Under the pieces are notes generated by a model. It worked only from the letters and a program-made list of their open reading frames with translations. It was not told where the DNA came from and did no database searches. This document shows positions 51,830 to 61,268 of a stretch of 64,000 nucleotides of DNA, piece after piece (the first letter of the stretch is position 1; every line of letters begins with the position of its first letter). This DNA is from an uncultured Muribaculaceae bacterium (GTDB lineage Bacteria > Bacillota_I > Bacilli_A > RF39 > UBA660): assembly GCA_964486215.1 (NCBI GenBank), contig CAZALI010000003.1, positions 15,534 through 79,533 of the forward strand, given 5' to 3'. A program made the translations under genes and the position numbers.

Positions 51830-51931
51830 AAAATAAATGAAGCACCTAACTCAACATTGAATTAGGTGCAAACCCATATGGTAGCACTTAACATGCGAAT
51901 ATTAAGTGTTCCTTTTGTAATTAAATTACAT
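51830..51931 (-). ncRNA. Candidate sRNA, copy 2 (tandem paralog; could also serve as the rpmA operon terminator)
   Basis: Same architecture as copy 1: TGcTATTAT -10 element at 51936-51944, palindrome at 51916-51930, hairpin CACTTAA/TTAAGTG, and terminator stem GCACCTAA/TTAGGTGC (51842-51869). The terminal pair of that stem is swapped C-G to G-C relative to copy 1. Confidence 0.45.
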
Positions 51932-51965
51932 TTTTATAATAGCATTTATATTACTATTTTTTAAG

Positions 51966-52256
51966 TTACTTTTCTTTTGGATATACTGATACTTTCTTAC
52001 TACTTCTATCTATATGTTCAAATTTTACTACTCCATCGATTGTAGCATATAAAGTATCATCATTACCACGTCTTACGTTAGTACCTGGGAATATCTTAGT
52101 ACCACGTTGACGATATATAATAGATCCAGCAGTTACAAACTCGCCATCAGCAGCTTTAGCGCCTAATCTACGTCCAGCAGAATCACGTCCATTAGATGTA
52201 GATCCTTGTCCTTTGTGATGGGCAAATAATTGGATATTTAATTCTAATAATTTCAT
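51966..52256 (-). CDS. rpmA: 50S ribosomal protein L27 with N-terminal pro-sequence
   Basis: [11 protein letters not shown]|[24 protein letters not shown]... This is the Firmicutes-type cleavable extension upstream of the conserved (A)xxKG..GS..NGRDS core. Confidence 0.95.
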   Translation of the reverse strand: MKLLELNIQLFAHHKGQGSTSNGRDSAGRRLGAKAADGEFVTAGSIIYRQRGTKIFPGTNVRRGNDDTLYATIDGVVKFEHIDRSSKKVSVYPKEK

Positions 52257-52267
52257 AATTTACCTCC

Positions 52268-52570
52268 TTATTTTACACATATGTTTTTAGGATAATCTTT
52301 TTCTAGTTTTTTTAGTAAACTAACCATATTTCCTAATAATATTTGAGCTTCATGGTTATCAGATTTAACGTTTATAGTTAAACCTTTCTTTCCTACCATA
52401 TAACTAATACTATCTTTATCAATAGACAAAATACCATTAACAGTAGTAGTTACTATAGATGATGTAGCAGCACAGACTATGTCTTTACCAAAATCATCAT
52501 ACATAGCATGTCCTAGTACTGAAATCTTTTTATATTTTGTCTTTTCTTTTGTTACTTCTACAGTTATCAT
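52268..52570 (-). CDS. prp: Ribosomal-processing cysteine protease Prp (YsxB family)
   Basis: 100 aa located between rplU and rpmA, with the His/Cys dyad context VLGHAMYDDFGKDIVCAATSS. Confidence 0.85.
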   Translation of the reverse strand: MITVEVTKEKTKYKKISVLGHAMYDDFGKDIVCAATSSIVTTTVNGILSIDKDSISYMVGKKGLTINVKSDNHEAQILLGNMVSLLKKLEKDYPKNICVK

Positions 52571-52869
52571 TAAGCAATCTTAGTTATTTTTACTTTAGTA
52601 TATGGTTGTCTATGACCATGAGTTCTACGGTTAGCACGAGATTTTTGTTTATACTTATAAACTATTATCTTCTTATTCTTACCATTCTTTAGTACTTCTC
52701 CTTCAACAGTAGCACCTGTAAGATAAGGATTTCCAACTTTTTTATCAAGCATTAATACTTGATCAAACTTTACTTTGTCACCTTTGGCAGCATCTAACTT
52801 TTCTACGAATATTTCGCTTCCTTCAGAAACTAAATATTGTTTGCCACCAACTTTAATTACTGCGTTCAT
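52570..52869 (-). CDS. rplU: 50S ribosomal protein L21
   Basis: MNAVIKVGGKQYLVSEGSEIFVEKL...HGHRQPYTKVKI. Confidence 0.95.
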   Translation of the reverse strand: MNAVIKVGGKQYLVSEGSEIFVEKLDAAKGDKVKFDQVLMLDKKVGNPYLTGATVEGEVLKNGKNKKIIVYKYKQKSRANRRTHGHRQPYTKVKITKIA

Positions 52870-52971
52870 AATTTACCTCCTTTTTTTCATCTTAAGACTC
52901 GCTTTTAAGGTAGAATAATTTAGTTATTCTTTAAAACCTCTTCAATGCGGTTTGAGCTAGAGGCTTCAAAC
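52870..52971 (-). promoter_or_regulatory. Structured 5' leader of the rplU operon (candidate L21 leader)
   Basis: About 100-nt leader with three hairpins on the minus strand: AAGCCTCT...AGAGGTTT, GAATAA...TTATTC and CTTAA...TTAAG. Position matches the Firmicutes L21 leader. Not verified by a covariance model. Confidence 0.4.
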
Positions 52972-52977
52972 GTAGAT

Positions 52978-53007
52978 ATTGTATCATATATAACTATTAT
53001 ATGTCAA
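52978..53007 (-). promoter_or_regulatory. Sigma-A promoter of rplU-prp-rpmA
   Basis: On the minus strand, TTGACA (53002-53007), an 18-nt spacer, then TGaTACAAT (-10 at 52978-52983). Confidence 0.6.
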
Positions 53008-53008
53008 T

Positions 53009-56000
53009 TTATTTTGCTTCTACCTTGCGATACTTTTCGTCAATTATAGAATATAGGTAACATTCTACTTCTTTATCTGTTTTGGACTTAATGTATTTTC
53101 TATATCCATTTAATTGATCATCATAATGAGAATCATCAATATTCTTTAACTTGTAGTCTACTATTATGTATTTATCTTTTCCTTCTATTAATAAATCTAT
53201 AATACCATGTAAATCAGTATTATTATCTTCATCAATAAATTCATATTCTTTATACATAGTATTATTAATATTAGCTTTAATTAAATCTGTGTTTAAGAAA
53301 GCTTTTATTTTACTCTTAATATTGTCTGAAATATCATAGTCATCAATATTATCATTCTTAAAGTCTAAATACTCTAATACCTCATGTACTTTAGTACCAA
53401 ATTCTAATACTTCTTTTTCTTCTTTATTTACTTCATGTATATTTTCTTTAGAGAAGTGTTTTTCTTCTACTAATTCTTTTTCTAGAGATAATTCATTTAC
53501 TTTTAAATTATCACTTGGAAGTATTAAATTCTTAGTATTTCTTTCTTTATTCTTATGATAATTCTTATCTACTTGTACTTCTCGCTTTTCTATTTCTTTA
53601 GAAAAGTTAGATAGAATAGATTTCATAATAGATGAAAAGCTATAATACTTTTCTTTTATATAATCTGGAATTTCATCATAATAGACTTCTTCCTCTTCAG
53701 GCATTACGATAATCATTTTTTCTTCTGCTCTAGTTAAAGCTACATATAATAGTCTTATTCTCTCACTTATTTCTTCTTTTGTCGTTAATTTCTTAGATAA
53801 AGTTCTAGTAATAGTATCTTTATAAAAGTCATTAATACTAGGTATTATTATGCCATATTTATTATCATAAAATATTCTATCTTTTATATCAGACAAGTTA
53901 AATTTAGAATATAGGCCACTATAATAACATACTGGGTATTCTAGTCCTTTTGATGCATGAATAGTCATTATCTTAACACTATTAGTATTACTTTTATTAG
54001 GTTTAAATTTAATATCAAATTCATTATCATATATTTCATTTAAATACTCAGTAAAATTATAAATAGTATTACCTGTCTTTTGATAATCTTCTAATAGATT
54101 ATGAATATATTCTTTTTTTACTATGTAATTATTAATATTACCTATAGTAATTAATTTAGTATCATATGAGAATTCATTTAAAATATAATCATAATACTCT
54201 ATTGGATTCATTGTATCTATATAGTTAGTTAATTCTAAACATTTTTTGTATAACTCTGTATCTTTATAACTATTACTTATATAAATATTATAAATATCAT
54301 TATCATTCATTCTAAATAGATATGATCTAGCTATAGATATATATGAATATATAAAGTCTTTATCTAGATTATTTTCTTTAATATGAATTATTAAATTTAA
54401 TAGATTCTTTATTACTAGTAAATCATAGTCTTTACCTAAGTCTTCTTCTTTTTCTATACTTAGAGGTATTTCTAAGTAAGTAAATATTTCTTTATATAAA
54501 TCAAAGTTAGTAGATTTATCCATTAGAATAACAAAGTCACTGTAGTTAGCATCATGAAATACTTTGTTATCTTTATCAAATATTTGATATTTGCTTTCTA
54601 CTTTGTTTTTAATATCATTCGCAATTATAAAAGCTTCTTCCTCTTCTTTAGTTATCTTTTTATCGTTTAACTCATAAGTTAAAATATCTAAATCATAATT
54701 TTCTTTTGTCTTACCTTCTTCATTATAAGAGTTATTTCCAAAGATCATTTTATGAGTACTTTTATAATCTGCTCCTCCTATATTATTATTCATAATTTTA
54801 TCAAAGATATTATTAATACTATTTAGTACTTCACTTCTAGATCTAAAGTTCTTTAATAAATCTATTTTTAGACCATTATGTCCTTTGGAATAGTCATCAT
54901 ATTTAGATTTAAATAAATATGGGTTAGCATTTCTAAAACGATAGATAGACTGTTTTATATCTCCTACCATATAGACATTATTATTTGAAATTAGATTTAT
55001 AAATTCTTCTTGGAGATCAGATGTATCTTGATACTCATCTATTAATATTTCTTTAAATGAATTAGTTAATTCTTCTTGTACTTCAGTATTATCTCTTACT
55101 ACTTTTATAGCTAGATGAGCTATATCATTAAAGTTATATATTTCATTAATACTTTTATAGTTAGATAATTCTTCATCTAATAATACTAGTATATTTACTA
55201 TCTCTTCTATATTATCTTTAGTAGATAGTATTTCATTTTTCATTTCATTAGTATCTTTATAAATACATAGTTTTTCCAATTCATCTAATTCATTTTTCAT
55301 AGCTTGTTTATTACTCTTCTCTTCTGGAGTAGACTTTTGTAGTCTCTTTAGAGTAATATGACATCTACTTTTAATATCTTCATAAGTAGTTGATTCTATT
55401 AACTTAGATACATCTATTAAACTATCGATATATTTAGATTCAAAGATACTTAATGCTTCATTATATAAATATTTTAAATTATTTATATGTTTATTTATTT
55501 CATTTAAATAGTCTTCTATAAATAAATTTATTTTTTTATCATTAAAATAACTAGATAGATATTCTTCTAAATACTTTTTCTTATCAGACTTTAATTCTAT
55601 TTTAGAATAGACTTTTAAAATATTATCTTTTAAGTCTTTATCATCTTTTAGACAAAATGAATCTATTAACTTCATAAATTTATCAGTAGGATTTTGATAC
55701 TTTTCTTCAAAGATTTTATCTAATATTTTTCTCTTTTCTATTTCGATAATAACATTATCTGTTACTTTAATATTATTTGATACATTTAAGTATGTATGAT
55801 ACTTCTTTACGATAGATAGAGAGAAAGAATCAAATGTACAGATATAAGATCCATCTAATAGTTCTTTTTGTTTATTAAGATCTTTATACTTATATATTTT
55901 CTTTCTAATTTTCTTTTTCATAGAGTTAGCTGCGGCATTAGTAAATGTTAATATTAAGAGTTCATTTATATTTATACCTTGTTCTAACTTCTTTAGTACT

Positions 56001-56104
56001 CTTTCTGTTAAAACAGCTGTTTTTCCTGAACCTGCTCCTGCAGAGACGATTATGTTTTTACCACTTTCAGTGATTGCTTGTAGTTGTTCTTCTGTCCAGT
56101 TCAT
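53009..56104 (-). CDS. addA: ATP-dependent helicase/nuclease subunit A (AddA/RexA)
   Basis: UvrD-type motifs (WTEEQLQAI, GAGSGKTAVLTER, DEYQDTS) and a C-terminal PD-(D/E)XK nuclease (GIIDLLIE...VDYK). Start at MNWTEEQ, 9 nt after GGAG. Confidence 0.85.
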   Translation of the reverse strand: MNWTEEQLQAITESGKNIIVSAGAGSGKTAVLTERVLKKLEQGININELLILTFTNAAANSMKKKIRKKIYKYKDLNKQKELLDGSYICTFDSFSLSIVKKYHTYLNVSNNIKVTDNVIIEIEKRKILDKIFEEKYQNPTDKFMKLIDSFCLKDDKDLKDNILKVYSKIELKSDKKKYLEEYLSSYFNDKKINLFIEDYLNEINKHINNLKYLYNEALSIFESKYIDSLIDVSKLIESTTYEDIKSRCHITLKRLQKSTPEEKSNKQAMKNELDELEKLCIYKDTNEMKNEILSTKDNIEEIVNILVLLDEELSNYKSINEIYNFNDIAHLAIKVVRDNTEVQEELTNSFKEILIDEYQDTSDLQEEFINLISNNNVYMVGDIKQSIYRFRNANPYLFKSKYDDYSKGHNGLKIDLLKNFRSRSEVLNSINNIFDKIMNNNIGGADYKSTHKMIFGNNSYNEEGKTKENYDLDILTYELNDKKITKEEEEAFIIANDIKNKVESKYQIFDKDNKVFHDANYSDFVILMDKSTNFDLYKEIFTYLEIPLSIEKEEDLGKDYDLLVIKNLLNLIIHIKENNLDKDFIYSYISIARSYLFRMNDNDIYNIYISNSYKDTELYKKCLELTNYIDTMNPIEYYDYILNEFSYDTKLITIGNINNYIVKKEYIHNLLEDYQKTGNTIYNFTEYLNEIYDNEFDIKFKPNKSNTNSVKIMTIHASKGLEYPVCYYSGLYSKFNLSDIKDRIFYDNKYGIIIPSINDFYKDTITRTLSKKLTTKEEISERIRLLYVALTRAEEKMIIVMPEEEEVYYDEIPDYIKEKYYSFSSIMKSILSNFSKEIEKREVQVDKNYHKNKERNTKNLILPSDNLKVNELSLEKELVEEKHFSKENIHEVNKEEKEVLEFGTKVHEVLEYLDFKNDNIDDYDISDNIKSKIKAFLNTDLIKANINNTMYKEYEFIDEDNNTDLHGIIDLLIEGKDKYIIVDYKLKNIDDSHYDDQLNGYRKYIKSKTDKEVECYLYSIIDEKYRKVEAK

Positions 56105-56105
56105 A

Positions 56106-58376
56106 TTAATCATCTCCTTCTATGAAGCTCATATCTTCTACTTTGTCTAGATATACTAAATTAGAATTATTCTTATAACAGATATCTTTAAATGTACAGA
56201 ATTTACAAGAAATATTTTCTTTGTTATAAACTTTTGGATTAATACTAAAATCATTTTCTTTTATACTATTAATTCCTTCTTTTATTTGTCTTTCTGTATA
56301 CTTAACTAGATTATCTACATCACTATCTTCTAATACTTTAGTGTATGCTCCAAAGTGATCATCATAAGTCATTGATTTTATAATATTAGAATTATTATAT
56401 GATGGGTCAAATTCTTCTAAACGTTCTATATTATTTGTAGAATAACCTATATATTTATGATTATCATTAGTAATCTTTTTAATATTATTATCTTTTAGAG
56501 ACCATGTTGGTCTATCAAACAAGATTCTTTGATAGAATAAACCCGTAAATTTCAAATTATTAAATTCTTTACTATTAGTTATTAAATATAAATAACTAGG
56601 TAATTGCATATTTAAGCCATATTTAGTTAGTTTTATATCAGTACTAGGATTACCTGTCTTATAGTCTAAAATAGCGTATTTAAAGCTATTATTAGTCTCT
56701 AAATACATAATACGATCAATATATCCTTCAAAGATATTATCATTTATTGGAACAGTAAATTTTCTTTCATAAAAAGAAGATTTATAACCAATAGAATTTA
56801 AGTAATTTCTTTCTACTTCTAATAATAATTCTAAATTTCTTTTTATTTTTACTAATAGTAATTTTTCCATAGAAGTTAATTCTCTAGTACTTAGATATTT
56901 ATTATATTGATCTTCTAAATTAAAATTATTAGTAAACATTAAAGATAATATTTCATGATACATAGAACCTATAAATGAAGCAAAAGTATCCTCATAAGTA
57001 TCTAGTTTTAAAATATAATTTAAATAATATTTAAAGTGACATTCATTATACATATTTAGAGATGTATAAGATAGTTTTAAATTATTCTTTTCTACATTTA
57101 TCTTATCTACTTCATTAGAATAAGTTTTATACTTAGTATCATAATGAGTATATAGTTCATTTAAGAAGTCTTTCTTTTCATTATATAAATAATAATTATC
57201 TAGTTTTTCTCCTAGTCTTATTTCATTATATAAATTAGAATATTCATAATTATCAGTAATATCTTTTAGTACTTTGAAATTATTTTCTTCTATTAGAGGG
57301 GATGGGTAATAATTATTAAATGGAGATACTAATTTATAAGATATATATAAATTCTTAATACTATATAGGATGTGTAATAAAGTATTCTTTTCACGTATAT
57401 TTTTATAATTACTAGTATATAGATCTACTTCTTCTTTTTCTTTATCAGAAATATAATCTATATCTTTATAAGTCTTAGGAAGAATATCATTATTAAAACC
57501 TAATACAAATAAATACTCATCATCAGATATTTCTTGTCTATAGATATTAATCATATTAATAGCTTTTTTATGCTTATTAGGTTTAATATTAGTATTCTTT
57601 AGTTTAGATATTAATATTTCTCTATATTCAGGTGTATTAGAATCTATATCTAATAAACTTTCTTTTATACTTAATAGTTTAGGTAATATATCACTTTCTT
57701 CATTAATCTTTCCAGTATTTAAATAATCTTGTATTACTTTAGTACTATAAATAGAATACTTATAGTCTATATTTATAGGTATTTTATAATAGTTAAATAA
57801 TCTATCAATAGTATATAGATATTCTTTATCTGCAGATATATATATTTTATTTATATCAATACCATTTTTTAATAACTTAATTATTTCTAAACAAACATTA
57901 TTTACTTCTTCTTCTAAAGTATTAAATTCATGTACTTCTAATTCTTTATTTTCATTATTAAAATTACTATGATAATTTAGAATATCTTTTTCATACTTTT
58001 CTAAATCATAATAGTTTAGTACTTTTATTTCTTTATTACTTAAAAATTTATTAAAGTTATTATTTACTATTAAGAGATTATTATCTAATAATTCTTGTTT
58101 TAATTCTTTTAAAAAATTTAGTTTTTTAGACTTGTACTTTTTATTTAAATCTATAATATATAAGTAATTTAAATATACTTTTATAGTATCTATATTATAG
58201 TGATATTTATTTAATAAATAATAAATAGTTTTTTCATCATATGAGAAATAATAATTATTAAAGAATTCTTCTTTAGTCATAAATTTAACATTATGAAGAG
58301 TTTTATCCTTATTAAATTTATTTAGTATATTTAATTTTTCACTATTAGGACAAATATATAGAGTGGTTTTATTCAT
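56106..58376 (-). CDS. addB: ATP-dependent helicase/nuclease subunit B (AddB/RexB)
   Basis: About 756 aa with a degenerate helicase-like N-terminus and a C-terminal RecB-type nuclease carrying Fe-S cysteines (C...CKFCTFKDIC). The ATG at 58374-58376 is preferred over the track's TTG. Confidence 0.75.
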   Translation of the reverse strand: MNKTTLYICPNSEKLNILNKFNKDKTLHNVKFMTKEEFFNNYYFSYDEKTIYYLLNKYHYNIDTIKVYLNYLYIIDLNKKYKSKKLNFLKELKQELLDNNLLIVNNNFNKFLSNKEIKVLNYYDLEKYEKDILNYHSNFNNENKELEVHEFNTLEEEVNNVCLEIIKLLKNGIDINKIYISADKEYLYTIDRLFNYYKIPINIDYKYSIYSTKVIQDYLNTGKINEESDILPKLLSIKESLLDIDSNTPEYREILISKLKNTNIKPNKHKKAINMINIYRQEISDDEYLFVLGFNNDILPKTYKDIDYISDKEKEEVDLYTSNYKNIREKNTLLHILYSIKNLYISYKLVSPFNNYYPSPLIEENNFKVLKDITDNYEYSNLYNEIRLGEKLDNYYLYNEKKDFLNELYTHYDTKYKTYSNEVDKINVEKNNLKLSYTSLNMYNECHFKYYLNYILKLDTYEDTFASFIGSMYHEILSLMFTNNFNLEDQYNKYLSTRELTSMEKLLLVKIKRNLELLLEVERNYLNSIGYKSSFYERKFTVPINDNIFEGYIDRIMYLETNNSFKYAILDYKTGNPSTDIKLTKYGLNMQLPSYLYLITNSKEFNNLKFTGLFYQRILFDRPTWSLKDNNIKKITNDNHKYIGYSTNNIERLEEFDPSYNNSNIIKSMTYDDHFGAYTKVLEDSDVDNLVKYTERQIKEGINSIKENDFSINPKVYNKENISCKFCTFKDICYKNNSNLVYLDKVEDMSFIEGDD

Positions 58377-58397
58377 ACTATCACCAGTTTTATTATA

Positions 58398-58431
58398 CAA
58401 AAAAAAATAATGTAGTACAATCTACATTATT
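58398..58431 (-). terminator. Rho-independent terminator of yceD-rpmF
   Basis: Stem AATAATGTAG/CTACATTATT (58406-58415 / 58422-58431) followed by an 8-nt T-run on the minus strand. It overlaps the rpmF stop. Confidence 0.8.
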
Positions 58432-58636
58432 ATTTCTCTTCTTTGTCTAATTCGTTAGCACCTTTATAGTAGCCACATTTAGGACATACACGATGAGGTT
58501 TAATCATTTCTCCACAATTAGGACATTTAGTCATACCTGGAGTCTCTAGTGCCATATGAGATCTTCTTTTTCTCTTTCTAGTCTTTGATACTTTGTGATC
58601 TGGTACAGCAAAAAGTTGAATATCTAATTCCATCAT
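58430..58636 (-). CDS. rpmF: 50S ribosomal protein L32 with an unusual 9-aa N-terminal extension
   Basis: [27 protein letters not shown]...[18 protein letters not shown] (zinc ribbon). RBS AGGAG lies 7 nt before ATGATG. No alternative start codon exists before AVP. Confidence 0.9.
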   Translation of the reverse strand: MMELDIQLFAVPDHKVSKTRKRKRRSHMALETPGMTKCPNCGEMIKPHRVCPKCGYYKGANELDKEEK

Positions 58637-58656
58637 TTTATCACTCCTTTTTGTTT

Positions 58657-59085
58657 CTATTTATCTAATTCATCTTCACTTATTAATTTCCAGTTATTAC
58701 CAGAGAATTTAGTTAAGTCTTCTTCTCTTGTATATCTGATGGGAATTTCCAATTCAATATTTTCCCACAAAAATGCGAATATATCAAGCTTATTTTCATT
58801 ATTTTTATAATTTTCATCTAAATAATCGTCATATTTTATATTTATTTCATAATTAATAGGTTTTAAAGATATAGAATCTTCTAAAGTAACATTAGTCTTT
58901 ATAGAAGCATCTATATATATTGATTCTTCATTTTCTTCTAATATTAGTTTTATATTTCCTTCAACATTTATTTTATCAATACTTTTAATACGAGTATCAG
59001 TTATATATTCTTCTGGTAGTACATATTCTCCACTAATATCTAATCTTTCTACATCGCGATTATATAATCTGTTTAAGTCTATCAT
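58657..59085 (-). CDS. yceD: YceD family (DUF177) protein
   Basis: 142 aa, acidic, in the conserved position immediately upstream of rpmF. The C-terminal W..IELEIP pattern fits the family. Confidence 0.7.
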   Translation of the reverse strand: MIDLNRLYNRDVERLDISGEYVLPEEYITDTRIKSIDKINVEGNIKLILEENEESIYIDASIKTNVTLEDSISLKPINYEINIKYDDYLDENYKNNENKLDIFAFLWENIELEIPIRYTREEDLTKFSGNNWKLISEDELDK

Positions 59086-59086
59086 G

Positions 59087-59647
59087 TTATCTCCTATTCA
59101 TCGCTAATAAATTATCATTTTCTATTACTTGTAGCTCACCATGGTAATGAAGATTAGTATCTGTAGAATCAAAATCTTGAGTAGTCCAAATACGTACTGT
59201 ATAATTATTATTCTTTAAAGCTTTAATATTAGTATCTAGTAATACTTCATCTTTTAATTCAGTTACTAGATGCATTACATTCTTTTTATTATTCTCTTTA
59301 ATAGATACTTTTAAGTACTTAGCAGGTATTTCTTTACATTTATCTTCTTCAAAAGCAACTTTATCTCTTACTAATTTTATTTTTAATGGAACATCTTCTG
59401 TTAAATTATTAGTTACAGAAAAAGTATAAGAATTACTTGCTAAACCTAGATTATCTGTCAATGGAACAGCTTTATCTAGTGTAATCTTATTTCCATTTTC
59501 TTCATGAAAGACTACTTCAAGAGATTTAGATGAATAATCTACTCCTCTATTTTCATGAAATTTATAATATATAGCATGTGTTGCGAGTGAAGCAAGTAAT
59601 ATTATTATACCTATTATTAAACAATTCTTTATTAATTTTCTTTTCAT
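59087..59647 (-). CDS. Hypothetical signal-anchored beta-rich protein
   Basis: 186 aa with an N-terminal TM (CLIIGIIILLASLATHAIYY), then a beta-sandwich-like pattern (SYTFSVTNNLTEDVPLKIKL). Architecture resembles the 194-aa protein at 34829-35413. Confidence 0.45.
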   Translation of the reverse strand: MKRKLIKNCLIIGIIILLASLATHAIYYKFHENRGVDYSSKSLEVVFHEENGNKITLDKAVPLTDNLGLASNSYTFSVTNNLTEDVPLKIKLVRDKVAFEEDKCKEIPAKYLKVSIKENNKKNVMHLVTELKDEVLLDTNIKALKNNNYTVRIWTTQDFDSTDTNLHYHGELQVIENDNLLAMNRR

Positions 59648-59648
59648 G

Positions 59649-60560
59649 TTACTGATCCTCGTTTTCTTTTATAATCTTTTTTACAACAGCAATAGCTGTT
59701 TCTTTATCTTTACATGTAGCAATAAATAAATTACTATGACAGAATGTTAAACCTGGTATACCAGATACTTCTTCTAACTCATTGTCAGACAAACCAGACC
59801 ATTCTTTAGGAAATGGTAATCTACTTGAATGATCTTTAGAAGATACTGGAACTGTTTTTATAGCATAACCACCTCTAGTAGATGGATATATTACATATAG
59901 TATTCTTTCTCCTCTTGGAGAAGATAAAATAAATTCTTCATATGGTAAATACTCATCTAGAATAAGATATCTATCATTACTGTTTTCTAAGTATGATTCT
60001 ATTAATTTTTTAGTTTTTATTTTAGTAATACAACTATTTATTTCTTCTTTTATAATTGTTTTAGCTATATCTTCTGCTTTTATAAATTGTTTATTACTTT
60101 CATCACTAGAAGTAATATTATTATTAAATAATTTTATTATATCTGATAGAGTTTTAACTCTATAGTTAGCTTCTATTCTAGGAAAAGTACCATTATCTAT
60201 AGCATCTATACCTTCTACTAAGTCTTTATCAAAGTAATTAAATACTTCATCAGTATCAGATATTCCTAATCCAGATAAAAAATCTTTTCCAAACTCTCTC
60301 CATAATAAGCCAAATGATGAATACTTAATACCATTTTCTCTTACAGGAGCATAGTTCATATGATGATCAAATTTACCTCTACCAATATCATATATTAATA
60401 AATCAGGATAATCATCAGCATTTATACTAGAAGTACGTAACAAATCTATATCATGCTTATATAGTTCTAGAAAAGCTGTAGCAAAAACTTCATCAGCATG
60501 CATTGTACCAGAATGTGTTACATACTTAGCATCTTGGATATCTTTTACTATATTTAGCAT
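59649..60560 (-). CDS. MYG1 family (UPF0160) metal-dependent hydrolase
   Basis: THSGTMHADEVFATAFL and DIGRGKFDHH motifs. Confidence 0.75.
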   Translation of the reverse strand: MLNIVKDIQDAKYVTHSGTMHADEVFATAFLELYKHDIDLLRTSSINADDYPDLLIYDIGRGKFDHHMNYAPVRENGIKYSSFGLLWREFGKDFLSGLGISDTDEVFNYFDKDLVEGIDAIDNGTFPRIEANYRVKTLSDIIKLFNNNITSSDESNKQFIKAEDIAKTIIKEEINSCITKIKTKKLIESYLENSNDRYLILDEYLPYEEFILSSPRGERILYVIYPSTRGGYAIKTVPVSSKDHSSRLPFPKEWSGLSDNELEEVSGIPGLTFCHSNLFIATCKDKETAIAVVKKIIKENEDQ

Positions 60561-61237
60561 TAACGTCTATCACCTGCAGCCATTAAAACTAATCTTAAAA
60601 TTTGTACTAACGTAGCTGCTACACTAGCAACGTATGTTAAGGCAGCAGAAGTTAACATCTTAGTCGCATAGTGATGTTCTTCATCATTAACTATTTTATA
60701 TTCTTCTATTTTCTTTAGAGCTCTACTAGAAGCATTAAATTCTACTGGTAGAGTTATTAATTGGAAAGCTAAGATTACAAATTCCATAACAATACCTATT
60801 CTAAATAAACCTAAAAAGCCAAAAATAAGTCCTACTACAATAGCTATGTAACCTAGTGTTGAAGCTATATTTACTATTGGAACTATAGCACTTCTAAGTC
60901 TTAAGAAGAAATATCCATCTTTATCTTGAATAGCATGGCCACACTCGTGAGAAGCTACTGATATAGCAGCAATTGATTCAGATTCATAAATATCTGAAGA
61001 TAAATTAACTGTTTTAGTACGTGGGTCATAATGATCAGTTAAATTACCGGCTACTTCTTTTACATCTACACTTTTTAAACCATTTTTATCAAGAATTTCT
61101 CTAGCTACTTCTCTTCCAGTAATTCCTTTCTTATTTTTCATTTTTCTAGTCTTAGAATACCATCTATTAATATATCCTTGAGAAGCTAAAGATATAATAA
61201 CTGAGACAGCTAATAGTCCATAATCCATTAAATACAT
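60560..61237 (-). CDS. YugP-type membrane zinc metallopeptidase
   Basis: 225 aa with HECGHAIQ and flanking TMs, the PF04298-like layout. Confidence 0.75.
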   Translation of the reverse strand: MYLMDYGLLAVSVIISLASQGYINRWYSKTRKMKNKKGITGREVAREILDKNGLKSVDVKEVAGNLTDHYDPRTKTVNLSSDIYESESIAAISVASHECGHAIQDKDGYFFLRLRSAIVPIVNIASTLGYIAIVVGLIFGFLGLFRIGIVMEFVILAFQLITLPVEFNASSRALKKIEEYKIVNDEEHHYATKMLTSAALTYVASVAATLVQILRLVLMAAGDRR

Positions 61238-61268
61238 TTAATCATCTTCTTTCACATAAATTATATCA

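Noticed and set aside
51836-51870. A 7-codon ORF (MKHLTQH*) at the position in repeat copy 2 that corresponds to the end of the toxin-like ORF in copy 1.
   Set aside because: It has no RBS, is not hydrophobic and lies within the terminator hairpin. Copy 2 appears to lack a peptide partner.
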